Program-made: the position numbers and the translations under genes
Shown here: in pieces, positions 46,530 through 55,308 of the stretch
How positions within the stretch are numbered: the stretch's first letter is position 1
Layout: each line of letters opens with the position of its first letter
Notes under the pieces: model-generated
What the model was told of the DNA's origin: nothing
The model's database searches: none
The model's input: the letters and a program-made list of their open reading frames with translations, nothing else
Source: Alphaproteobacteria bacterium
Lineage (GTDB): Bacteria; Pseudomonadota; Alphaproteobacteria; ATCC43930; CGMCC-115725
DNA: 64,000 bases
NCBI GenBank assembly: GCA_030041385.1
Contig: JASHNY010000203.1
Coordinates: 4,458 to 68,457 of the forward strand
Direction: 5' to 3'

Positions 46530-47381
46530 TCAGCTCCGGCCTTCTCGGCGGTGCAGAAAGGCGAGGCGCTCGAACAAATGCACATCCTGCTCGTTTTTGA
46601 GCAGCGCGCCGTGCAATGGCGGGATCAATTTGTTGGGGTCGCGCGTGCGCAATACCTCGGGCGTCACGTCCTCGACCAGGAGCAGTTTGATCCAGTCGAG
46701 GAGTTCCGAGGTCGAGGGCTTCTTCTTCAGTCCCGGCACCTGGCGGATGTCATAGAAGATGGTCAGCGCCTCGTGCACCAGCTCGCTCTTGAGCCCTGGA
46801 AAATGCACCTCGACGATGCGCTCCATCGTGTCGCGGTCGGGGAAGCGGATGTAGTGGAAAAAGCAGCGCCGCAGAAAGGCGTCGGGCAATTCCTTTTCGT
46901 TGTTCGAGGTGATGATCACGATCGGGCGCTGCCGCGCCGTGATCGTGCGCTGCAGCTCGTAGACGTAGAACTCCATGCGGTCGAGTTCGAGCAGCAGGTC
47001 GTTGGGGAACTCGATATCGGCCTTGTCGATTTCGTCGATCAACAGCACCGGCGCCGCTTCCGCCGCAAAAGCGTCCCACAACTTGCCGGGCTTGATGTAA
47101 TTGGCGATGTCGCGCACCCGCTCGTCGCCAAACTGGCCGTCACGCAGGCGCGAGACCGCGTCGTATTCGTAAAGCCCTTGCAGCGCCTTGGTCGTCGACT
47201 TGATGTGCCAGGTGATAAGTTCCTTGCCAAGCCCTTGAGCGATCTCATGGGCAAGGATGGTCTTGCCGGTGCCGGGCTCGCCCTTTACCAACAGCGGCCG
47301 CTCGAGCGCGATGGCGGCGTTGACGGCAACCCGGAGGTCCTCCGTCGCGACATAGGTGCTTGTTCCCTCGAACCTGAGCAT
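46530..47381 (-). CDS. MoxR-family AAA+ ATPase
   Basis: ATG at 47381 (MLRFEGTSTYVA). Walker A GEPGTGKT, Walker B VLLIDEIDKA, and ITSNNEKELPDAFLRRC. Confidence 0.9.
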   Translation of the reverse strand: MLRFEGTSTYVATEDLRVAVNAAIALERPLLVKGEPGTGKTILAHEIAQGLGKELITWHIKSTTKALQGLYEYDAVSRLRDGQFGDERVRDIANYIKPGKLWDAFAAEAAPVLLIDEIDKADIEFPNDLLLELDRMEFYVYELQRTITARQRPIVIITSNNEKELPDAFLRRCFFHYIRFPDRDTMERIVEVHFPGLKSELVHEALTIFYDIRQVPGLKKKPSTSELLDWIKLLLVEDVTPEVLRTRDPNKLIPPLHGALLKNEQDVHLFERLAFLHRREGRS

Positions 47382-47481
47382 GAAGGGCCTGTGTGTCGGG
47401 ACGGCAGCGGGAGGTGCGACGGCGACACGATGCCGCGGCCGTCGCGACAAGGCAAGGGGCAGGGGGACGGCAGTTGGACCG

Positions 47482-47748
47482 CTAGACGGCTTCGCGCTTG
47501 GGCTCGGGCGCCGGTGCGGTCGCGGCGTGCTGCGCCGGAGCGGCGGTCGGGGCGACCGGCGGCGGAGTGACCTGAGCCGGCGTCACATTCACCGTCGTCG
47601 GCTCTTCCTCGTCCTTCATTCCCGCCTTGAACGCCTTGATCCCTTTGGCAAAATCGCCCATCACGCCAGACAGTTTGCCGCGCCCGCCAAACAACACGAC
47701 GACGACCGCCAGCACGATCAGCCAGTGCCAGATGCTCATGGAACCCAT
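47482..47748 (-). CDS. tatA: Twin-arginine translocase TatA/TatE-family protein
   Basis: [41 protein letters not shown] followed by a Pro/Ala-rich tail. ATG at 47748 after GAGG. Confidence 0.85.
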   Translation of the reverse strand: MGSMSIWHWLIVLAVVVVLFGGRGKLSGVMGDFAKGIKAFKAGMKDEEEPTTVNVTPAQVTPPPVAPTAAPAQHAATAPAPEPKREAV

Positions 47749-47915
47749 ATCGACGACCTCGAAAGCCAAACGACCGACATGATCGATATGCTATCAAACT
47801 TGGCGCGGCGATGCCCGCCTAATCGCCGCCGCGACACCGTAGACGCCGCTCGCCTGGTGCACGAGGTCGTAGCGATCGCGCGAAAATCAAGCCATCAACC
47901 CCCGGAACCCGCAGG

Positions 47916-49019
47916 ATGACCTATTTTCCGTCTGCCGACCCCGCCTGGGAACACGTCGATCCCGCCGCTGCCGGTCTCGACCCGGCGAAGATCGCCGCCG
48001 CCGCACGCCATGCCGCCGAGCACGAGACGCCGTGGCGTCGCGATCTCGCCCACATGGTTGCCACCGATTTCAACGAAGTGCCGCCCGACAACGAGACGCT
48101 CGGCCCGGTGCGTCCGCGCGGCGGCCCCAACGGGCTTGTCGTGCGCGGCGGCCGCATCGTCGCGTCGTGGGGCGACACCGGCCAGGTGGATCTGACCTTC
48201 AGCGTCGCCAAGAGCTACCTGTCGATCCTTGCCGGCCTCGCCTGGGATCGCGGCCTCATTCGCGACCTCGACGAGCCGGTCTGCCGCACGGTCGACGACG
48301 GCGGGTTCGACCCGCCGCACAATGATGCGATCACCTGGACCCACCTGCTGCAGCAGACCTCGGAATGGGAGGGCACACTGTGGGACAAGCCCGACCTGAT
48401 CGACCGCAACCGCAGCGTCGGCGGCCGGCCCACGAGCGGCAGGAAGGGTACGCACCGCGACCTGCGCCGACCCGGCGAGTTCTGGGAATACAACGACGTG
48501 CGGGTCAACCGGCTGAGCCTGGCGCTGCTGCGGCTGTGGCGCCGGCCCTTGCCCGAATTGTTCCGCGAACTGGTCATGGACCCGATCGGCGCCTCGGCGA
48601 GTTGGGAGTGGCACGGTTATCGCAACTCCTATGTCGAGATCGACGGGCGGCGGATGCAATCGGTCGCCGGCGGTTCGCATTGGGGTGGCGGCGCGTTTAT
48701 CCATGCCCGCGACCAGGCGCGGATCGGGCTGATGCTGCTGAATGGGGGGGTGTGGGGAACCCGCCGCATCGTGTCGTCTGCGTGGATCGATCGCATGCTG
48801 ATGCCGTGCCCGCTGTTTGCCAATTACGGCTCGCTGTGGTGGCTCAACACCGGGCGCGGGCTGTACCCGAGTGCACCCGAGGGCAGCTATTACGCGCGCG
48901 GCGCTGGCGGCAACCTGACCTGGATCGACCCCGGGCTCGGCATTGTCGCCGTGTTGCGGTGGATCGACCCTGCCGCTGCCGACGGATTTATGCGGCTCGT
49001 CGTCGAGGCCGCCCAATGA
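47916..49019 (+). CDS. Serine hydrolase (beta-lactamase/transpeptidase-like fold)
   Basis: SxxK motif SVAKS in LTFSVAKSYLSILAGL; size and layout are typical of class C-like esterases. Confidence 0.75.
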   Translation: MTYFPSADPAWEHVDPAAAGLDPAKIAAAARHAAEHETPWRRDLAHMVATDFNEVPPDNETLGPVRPRGGPNGLVVRGGRIVASWGDTGQVDLTFSVAKSYLSILAGLAWDRGLIRDLDEPVCRTVDDGGFDPPHNDAITWTHLLQQTSEWEGTLWDKPDLIDRNRSVGGRPTSGRKGTHRDLRRPGEFWEYNDVRVNRLSLALLRLWRRPLPELFRELVMDPIGASASWEWHGYRNSYVEIDGRRMQSVAGGSHWGGGAFIHARDQARIGLMLLNGGVWGTRRIVSSAWIDRMLMPCPLFANYGSLWWLNTGRGLYPSAPEGSYYARGAGGNLTWIDPGLGIVAVLRWIDPAAADGFMRLVVEAAQ

Positions 49020-49130
49020 GGCAAGGCGAACCGGCCGGTTGGTCGAAATGCCGGCAAAACCCGTTGCGGCAGTCCCGATTTAACGCTAACCCGTGAGTCT
49101 CAGTTTTTTCCAAACGGTGTCGAAACCGGG

Positions 49131-49808
49131 ATGGCGATCAACCTCGTGCAGGGTGCGCTGTTCACCGTGATGGTGGTTCGCGCCGGCATGCTGGCCGACC
49201 CCTCGTTCGAGCATGAACTGGCGCGGCAGATCGAGCTGAGCCCGCGGTTTTTCCGCGCGGCCCCGGTCGTGCTCGATCTGCGCCGCGCCGGCGGCTTCGA
49301 GAGCGCCGAGGAATTTGCCGACGCCCGCGACGTGCTGCACCGCTTCACGCTGGTGCTGGTCGGGGTGCAGAACGCGACGCCGGCGCAGATCGAGGCCGCC
49401 GCCGCCGCCGGGCTGGCGAGCTTTGCCCCGACCGCGGCACAGCCGACGCGCGTGCGGCCCGAGGCGGCGCCGCCGGCGCAGCCGCGGGCGCGGCTCATCA
49501 CCGCGCCGGTACGCTCCGGCACCCAGATCTACGCCCGCGGCACCGACCTCGTCGTCACCGCCGCGGTCAGCCCCGGCGCGGAGTTGATCGCCGACGGCAA
49601 CATCCATGTCTATAATGTGCTGCGCGGGCGTGCGCTGGCGGGCGCCAGCGGCGACGTCGGCGCGCGGATCTTCTGCAGCCGGCTCGAAGCCGAGCTGATC
49701 AGCATCGCCGGACGGTATCTCGTCAGCGATCAACTCCCGGCAGATCAGCGCGGTTTTCCCGTTCAGGTCGCGCTTGTCGATGACCAGTTGACCCTGACGC
49801 GGATTTGA
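49131..49808 (+). CDS. minC: Septum site-determining protein MinC
   Basis: C-terminal beta-helix region VRSGTQIYARGTDLVVTAAVSPGAELIADGNIHVYNVLRGRALAG; followed by minD and minE. Confidence 0.9.
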   Translation: MAINLVQGALFTVMVVRAGMLADPSFEHELARQIELSPRFFRAAPVVLDLRRAGGFESAEEFADARDVLHRFTLVLVGVQNATPAQIEAAAAAGLASFAPTAAQPTRVRPEAAPPAQPRARLITAPVRSGTQIYARGTDLVVTAAVSPGAELIADGNIHVYNVLRGRALAGASGDVGARIFCSRLEAELISIAGRYLVSDQLPADQRGFPVQVALVDDQLTLTRI

Positions 49809-49896
49809 CGCTCATCATGCGCCGCAGCGCTGCAACGTTCGGCCGAAGAATTGGGCCGCGCCGGGCACGGCCTCAGCGCAGCGAGGGGAGGGCCGA

Positions 49897-50709
49897 TTGG
49901 CAAAGGTAATCGTCGTCACCTCGGGCAAGGGCGGGGTCGGCAAGACCACGACCTCCGCCGCCTTTGCCGCGGGCCTGGCGCTGCGCGGCCACAAGACCGT
50001 CGTGATCGATTTCGATGTCGGGCTGAGGAACCTCGACCTGGTGATGGGCTGCGAGCGCCGGGTGGTGTTCGATTTCATCAACGTCATCAACGGCGACGCC
50101 AACCTCAACCAGGCCCTGATCAAGGACAAGCGCAACGACAACCTGTTCATCTTTCCGACCTCGCAGACCCGCGACAAGGACGCGCTGAAGCGCGAGGGCG
50201 TCGAGCGCGTGCTCGAGGAATTGAAAAAGACCTTCGACTACATCATCTGCGACAGCCCGGCCGGGATCGAGCACGGCGCCATCACGGCGCTCTATTTCGC
50301 CGACAGCGCAGTCATCGTGACCAACCCGGAAGTCTCGTCGGTGCGCGACAGCGACCGCATCATCGGCATCCTGTCGTCGCGCTCCCGGCGGGCCGAACGC
50401 AACGAGCCCCCGGTCGATATTCATCTGTTGCTGACCCGCTATGACCCCGACCGCGTGGTCAAGGGCGAGATGCTGACGGTCGAGGACGTCAGGGAAATCC
50501 TGTCGATCCCGCTTCTGGGCGTGATTCCCGAATCCGAGTCGGTATTGCGGGCCTCCAATACCGGGACGCCCGTCGTGTTCGATGCCGACAGCCCGGCCGG
50601 CCGTGCCTATGTCGATGCGGTGGCGCGGTTCCTCGGCGAGCAGCGCGAGATGCGCTTCGTCAAGCCCGAAAAGCGGGGCTTTTTTCGGGTTCTCTTCGGT
50701 AGGGCGTGA
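49897..50709 (+). CDS. minD: Septum site-determining ATPase MinD
   Basis: TTG start after GAGGGGAGG. AKVIVVTSGKGGVGKTTTSAAFA deviant Walker A and a C-terminal amphipathic helix KRGFFRVLFGR. Confidence 0.95.
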   Translation: MAKVIVVTSGKGGVGKTTTSAAFAAGLALRGHKTVVIDFDVGLRNLDLVMGCERRVVFDFINVINGDANLNQALIKDKRNDNLFIFPTSQTRDKDALKREGVERVLEELKKTFDYIICDSPAGIEHGAITALYFADSAVIVTNPEVSSVRDSDRIIGILSSRSRRAERNEPPVDIHLLLTRYDPDRVVKGEMLTVEDVREILSIPLLGVIPESESVLRASNTGTPVVFDADSPAGRAYVDAVARFLGEQREMRFVKPEKRGFFRVLFGRA

Positions 50710-50993
50710 TGAAGCTGTTCAACTACCTGTTTGCGCCGCGCCCGAAAAGCGCGGCGATCGCCAAGGAGCGGCTGAAGATCGTATTGGCGCACGAGCGGGC
50801 GAGCCGCGACGCGCCCGACTTTCTGCCGCGCCTGCAAAAGGATCTGCTGACCGTGGTCGGACGCTATGTCCAGATCAACGAGGAGATGATCCACGTCAAC
50901 CTTGGCAAGTCGGGCGATACCTCGCTGTTGGAGATCAACATCGAGATCGGCGGCGCCAAGCCCAACGAGGGGCGGTTGGCGCCGGCGTCGTAA
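50709..50993 (+). CDS. minE: Cell division topological specificity factor MinE
   Basis: The ATG overlaps the minD stop (TGATG). MKLFNYLFAPRPKSAAIAKERLKIVLAHER. Confidence 0.9.
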   Translation: MKLFNYLFAPRPKSAAIAKERLKIVLAHERASRDAPDFLPRLQKDLLTVVGRYVQINEEMIHVNLGKSGDTSLLEINIEIGGAKPNEGRLAPAS

Positions 50994-51100
50994 GCGGCTG
51001 GGCCGGCCGCATTCCAGAGCGCGGGCGCCCCGCCCGCCGTCTGCCCGTTGGCCGCGTTCCCGCGGACCCCGGGCGTCGCGCCCGGTGGCTATGTTCGCGG

Positions 51101-52216
51101 CTACATTGCCTCGGGCATTTCGGCGCACTCCGCCTGCACCAGCGGGTCGGGATCGTGGCGCAGGCGCTGCCAGATGTCGCTGCTCGGCGCGTGCCGGCAA
51201 TAGGCCCAGGCAGCGGTCGCGCGCACCAGCCCGGAGGCGTCGTCGAGGCAGGATTCGGCCGCTTCGACCAGCTCCTGGTCGCCGCGCGGGCCGTTGCCGA
51301 TGGCGATCAATACGTTGCGCAGGAACCGGTCGCGCCCGATGCGCTTGACCGAGGTTCCGGCGAACAATGCGCGAAACCCGGCATCGTCGAGCCGCGCCAG
51401 TTCGGCAAGGCGCGGCGCGGTCAGCTCGGCGCGCGGCAGGAAGTCGGGCTCGGCGGTCGTGCGCGCGTATTTGTTCCACGGGCAGGCAGCAAGGCAATCG
51501 TCGCAGCCGAAGATGCGGTTGCCGATCAATGGCCGCAGCGCCCGTGGGATCGGCCCCTTGTGCTCGATCGTCAGGTACGAGATGCAGCGCCGCGCGTCGA
51601 GTTTGTAGGGCGCCGGGAAGGCCGCGGTCGGGCAGGCGTCGAGGCAGGCATGGCAAGTGCCGCAATGGTCCTCTTCGGCCGGGTCGGGATCGAGCGCGAG
51701 GCTCAGATAGATTTCGCCGAGAAACAGCCACGAGCCGAACTCCCGCGACACCAGGTTGGTGTGCTTGCCCTGCCACCCGATCCCGGCCTGCTGCGCCAGC
51801 GGCTTTTCCATGACCGGCGCGGTGTCGACGAAGACCTTCAATTCCCCCGGCCACTGCGCGCCGATCCAGCGCCCAAGGTGCTTCAGGCGCTTCTTGACGG
51901 TGTCGTGGTAGTCGCGGCCGCGGGCATAGACCGAAACGACGCCGCAATCCTCGGCGGTATCGCGATCGTCGCCGGGGCCGTAGTTCATGCCGAGCACGAC
52001 GACGGTTTTCGCCTCGGGCCATAATGTTTGCGGATCGCCGCGGCGGTCTTCCTTGGCGGCGAGCCAGTCCATCTCGCCGTGATAGCCGCGGGCGAGGAAC
52101 TCGGCGAGGTCGGCGCGCGCGGATTGCGCCAGATGCGCCGCGGCGAAGCCGACCGCGTCGAACCCCAGCGCCAGCGCCTGCGCGCGGATCGCTTCGCGGA
52201 TCGCCGCCGCTTCCAT
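51101..52216 (-). CDS. queG: Epoxyqueuosine reductase
   Basis: ATG at 52216 overlaps the queF stop (TAATG). [25 protein letters not shown], plus 4Fe-4S motifs CGTCHACLDACPT and CDDCLAACPWNK. Confidence 0.9.
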   Translation of the reverse strand: MEAAAIREAIRAQALALGFDAVGFAAAHLAQSARADLAEFLARGYHGEMDWLAAKEDRRGDPQTLWPEAKTVVVLGMNYGPGDDRDTAEDCGVVSVYARGRDYHDTVKKRLKHLGRWIGAQWPGELKVFVDTAPVMEKPLAQQAGIGWQGKHTNLVSREFGSWLFLGEIYLSLALDPDPAEEDHCGTCHACLDACPTAAFPAPYKLDARRCISYLTIEHKGPIPRALRPLIGNRIFGCDDCLAACPWNKYARTTAEPDFLPRAELTAPRLAELARLDDAGFRALFAGTSVKRIGRDRFLRNVLIAIGNGPRGDQELVEAAESCLDDASGLVRATAAWAYCRHAPSSDIWQRLRHDPDPLVQAECAEMPEAM

Positions 52217-52668
52217 TACCCCCGGCCGCGATACGATGGGACGCCGGGATCGGGGAGCCACAGCCCCCCGGGCGGCGGGCCGGTCTGGTAGAACACGTCG
52301 ATCGGAATGCCGCCGCGCGGATACCAATAACCGCCGATGCGCAGCCATCTGGGCGCCGCCGCCGCGACCAGGCGCTCGGCGATCGTCAGGGTGCAATCCT
52401 CGTGGAACGCGCCGTGGTTGCGGAACGAGCCGAGAAACAGTTTCAGCGACTTGCTCTCGACCAGCCGGGCATCGGGCAGATAGTCGACTACCAGGTGGGC
52501 GAAGTCGGGCTGGCCGGTGATCGGGCAGAGTGCGGTGAACTCGGGGCAGGTGAACCGCACCGCGTACAATTTGCCGGGATGCGGGTTGGGCACGGTGTCG
52601 ATGACCGCCTCGTCCGGCGAGGCGGGCAACCGGACGCGGCGGCCGAGCTGGGTCGAGCCCGCGCTCAT
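52216..52668 (-). CDS. queF: NADPH-dependent 7-cyano-7-deazaguanine (preQ0) reductase, unimodular type
   Basis: [25 protein letters not shown] and [20 protein letters not shown]. Confidence 0.9.
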   Translation of the reverse strand: MSAGSTQLGRRVRLPASPDEAVIDTVPNPHPGKLYAVRFTCPEFTALCPITGQPDFAHLVVDYLPDARLVESKSLKLFLGSFRNHGAFHEDCTLTIAERLVAAAAPRWLRIGGYWYPRGGIPIDVFYQTGPPPGGLWLPDPGVPSYRGRG

Positions 52669-52699
52669 CGCCGCCGTCGCCTGCGCCTCTCGCGCCCGG

Positions 52700-52888
52700 C
52701 TAGGTTCGCCGGATCGCGACGATCGACGAGTAGGTGATGCAATAGATGCTGCCGTTGTAGTCCAGCTCGATATGTTCGTCCTTGGCGTCGGTCAGGCGGC
52801 CGGCAAGCGCCTTCAGTTCCGGGTGATCGAGCCACACGGTCACGTCGCGGCCGCGCATCGCCATCAGGGCCGTCTGCAAGGATGCCAT
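52700..52888 (-). CDS. 62-aa protein of unknown function inside the queuosine cluster
   Basis: ATG at 52888 after GGGAGA, 11 nt downstream of the tgt stop. GC3-rich codons. [62 protein letters not shown]. Confidence 0.5.
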   Translation of the reverse strand: MASLQTALMAMRGRDVTVWLDHPELKALAGRLTDAKDEHIELDYNGSIYCITYSSIVAIRRT

Positions 52889-52899
52889 ACTTTTCTCCC

Positions 52900-54015
52900 T
52901 CACTGGTTCGATGATCGATCCGAAACCGATTGCCATATCGCGGCCAATTCCGAAATTGTGCCGGCGGCGATCGCCTGGCGCAGCGCCGCCATCAGGTCGG
53001 CGTAATAGGTCAGATTGTGCTGGGTCAGCAATATGCTCGCCAGGATCTCGCCGCTCTTTGCCAGATGGTGCAGATAGGCGCGGCTGAAGCCGGTGCAAGC
53101 CGGGCACCGGCACGCGCGGTCGAGCGGCGCGGAGTCGTCGGCGTGGCGGGCGTTGCGCAGGTTCAGCGTCCCCTCGCGGGTGAAGGCCTGCGCGGTACGG
53201 CCGGATCGGGTCGGCAATACGCAATCGAACAGGTCGATGCCGCGCATGACCGCGCCGACGAGGTCGGCGGGCTTGCCGACCCCCATCAGATAGCGCGGCC
53301 GGTCTGCGGGCAGGCACGGCACCGTCGCGTCGAGCACGGCAAAGGTCGTTGCCTGGCCTTCGCCAATGGCGAGGCCGCCGACGGCATAGCCGTCGAACCC
53401 GATCGCGATCGTGCCGGCCGCCGAGCGGTGGCGCAGGTCGGGATGCACGCCGCCCTGCACGATGCCGAAAATGCCGCACCCCGGCCGGTCGACAAAGGCC
53501 CGGCGTGAGCGCTCGGCCCAGCGCAGGGTCAATGCCATCGACGCTTCGACCGCGTGGCGCTCGGCCGGGTAGGGCGTGCACTCGTCGAATGCCATCGTCA
53601 CGTCGGCGCCGAGCAGGCGCTGGATTTCGACCGAGCGCTCCGGCGTCAGCAAATGACGACTGCCGTCGAGATGCGAGCGGAAGGCGACCCCTTCTTCGGT
53701 GATGGTCCGCAGGGCGGCCAGCGACATGACCTGGAACCCGCCGGAATCGGTCAGGATCGCGTGCGGCCAGTTCATGAATTTGTGCAACCCGCCGAGCGCA
53801 GCGATGCGCTCGGCGCCGGGCCGCAGCATCAGGTGATAGGTGTTGCCGAGCAGGATACGGGCGCCGGTCGCGGCGAGCGCCTCCGGCGTCATCGCCTTGA
53901 CCGTCGCCGCGGTGCCGACCGGCATGAAGGCCGGCGTGTCGATCGTACCATGCGCCGTATGCAGCCGGCCGGTCCGGGCGAGGCCGTCGCGGGCGAGGAC
54001 GTCGAAAGTAATCAT
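52900..54015 (-). CDS. tgt: tRNA-guanine transglycosylase
   Basis: [31 protein letters not shown] and the zinc site CRCPAC...H. Confidence 0.95.
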   Translation of the reverse strand: MITFDVLARDGLARTGRLHTAHGTIDTPAFMPVGTAATVKAMTPEALAATGARILLGNTYHLMLRPGAERIAALGGLHKFMNWPHAILTDSGGFQVMSLAALRTITEEGVAFRSHLDGSRHLLTPERSVEIQRLLGADVTMAFDECTPYPAERHAVEASMALTLRWAERSRRAFVDRPGCGIFGIVQGGVHPDLRHRSAAGTIAIGFDGYAVGGLAIGEGQATTFAVLDATVPCLPADRPRYLMGVGKPADLVGAVMRGIDLFDCVLPTRSGRTAQAFTREGTLNLRNARHADDSAPLDRACRCPACTGFSRAYLHHLAKSGEILASILLTQHNLTYYADLMAALRQAIAAGTISELAAIWQSVSDRSSNQ

Positions 54016-54027
54016 GGTTCAGGTGCG

Positions 54028-54113
54028 GTCATTGCGAGCGCAGCGAAGCAATCTTGTGCCGATTGAAGGTTGAACCGCGGAGATTGCTTCGTCGCTGCGC
54101 TCTTCGCAATGAC
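54028..54113. repeat. REP-like imperfect palindrome of the CATTGCGAGCG..CGAAGCAATC type
   Basis: The left arm GTCATTGCGAGCGCAGCGAAGCAATCT (54028-54054) pairs with the right arm AGATTGCTTCGTCGCTGCGCTCTTCGCAATGAC (54081-54113). It fills most of the queA-tgt spacer. Confidence 0.8.
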
Positions 54114-54133
54114 ACGATGATGTTCAACCTGGT

Positions 54134-55204
54134 TCATCTGTGCAGAGACGAATTCTCGATAAGGCAGGCATCGCCGTAAGAAAAGAAGCGATAGCCCTGC
54201 GCGACCGCATGCGCATAGGCGGCTTTGATGCGGTCGAGCCCGGCGAGCGCGGCGACCAGCATCAACAGCGTGGAATGCGGCAGGTGGAAGTTGGTCAGCA
54301 GCAGGTCGATCGAGCGGACCCGGTAGCCGGGCAGGATGAACAGCCGGGTCTCGCCGCAGAACGGCTCAATCTCGCCGGTCTCCGCGACGGCGCTTTCAAG
54401 CAGGCGCAGGCTGGTCGTGCCGACCGCGACGATGCGTCCGCCCTGCGCCCGCGCGGCGTTAAGGCGCTGCGCCGTCGCTGCCGTCAACAGCCCCCATTCG
54501 GCATGCATCCGATGCTCGCGCGGGTCATCGGTCTTGACCGGCAGGAAGGTGCCGGGGCCGACATGCAGGGTCAGCGTTACCCAGCCGATGCCGCGTGCGG
54601 TGAAGGCGTCAAGCAATGCCGGGGTGAAGTGCAATCCGGCGGTCGGTGCCGCGACCGCGCCCTCGGCCCGGGCGAAGATCGTCTGGTAGTCGGCGCGGTC
54701 GCGCGGGTCGCCGCGAGAATCGCCGCTCCGCGGGCGCTTGATATAGGGCGGCAAGGGCATCGCACCGTGCCGCGCCAAGGCGGCGCGGAACGCTGCGGGG
54801 TCGAGATCGAAACGCAGGGTCACGTCGCCCTCTGCATGCTTGGCCTCGACGCTGCACGCGAAATCCTCGGCAAAGACGATGCGGTCGCCGGGGCGCAGCC
54901 GCCGTGCGCCCCGGGCAAAGGCGCGCCATGCCACGCTTCCCCGGCCGTCGCCGAGGTCGCGATGCAGGGTCACCTCGACCTGCGCGTCGCCGCGCCGCCC
55001 GGTCAGCCGCGCCGGGATGACCTTGGTGTCGTTGAACACCAGGATGTCGCCCGGGCGCAACAACTCGGGCAGGTCGCCAATATGATGGTCGGCGACGCCG
55101 CCGGCGGCCGGGATCAGCAACAGCCGCGCCGCCTCGCGCGGCTTGGCCGGATGCGCCGCAATCAATTCGCGGGGCAGCGGAAAGTCGAAATCAGACAGGC
55201 GCAT
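54134..55204 (-). CDS. queA: S-adenosylmethionine:tRNA ribosyltransferase-isomerase
   Basis: [39 protein letters not shown] and FFSYGDA. Confidence 0.95.
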   Translation of the reverse strand: MRLSDFDFPLPRELIAAHPAKPREAARLLLIPAAGGVADHHIGDLPELLRPGDILVFNDTKVIPARLTGRRGDAQVEVTLHRDLGDGRGSVAWRAFARGARRLRPGDRIVFAEDFACSVEAKHAEGDVTLRFDLDPAAFRAALARHGAMPLPPYIKRPRSGDSRGDPRDRADYQTIFARAEGAVAAPTAGLHFTPALLDAFTARGIGWVTLTLHVGPGTFLPVKTDDPREHRMHAEWGLLTAATAQRLNAARAQGGRIVAVGTTSLRLLESAVAETGEIEPFCGETRLFILPGYRVRSIDLLLTNFHLPHSTLLMLVAALAGLDRIKAAYAHAVAQGYRFFSYGDACLIENSSLHR

Positions 55205-55308
55205 CAGGCGATTGTCCAGGCGCGCGGTCGCGCCATTGGTTTACCGATGATAACCGGTGCACTTCCCGCTATCCTTCGGTCAATCAACGCCGACCAGGGA
55301 GGGCAGAA

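Noticed and set aside
49131-50993. minCDE as an unusual feature
   Set aside because: Standard gene order with typical overlaps. The TTG start of minD is the only oddity and is supported by a strong SD.
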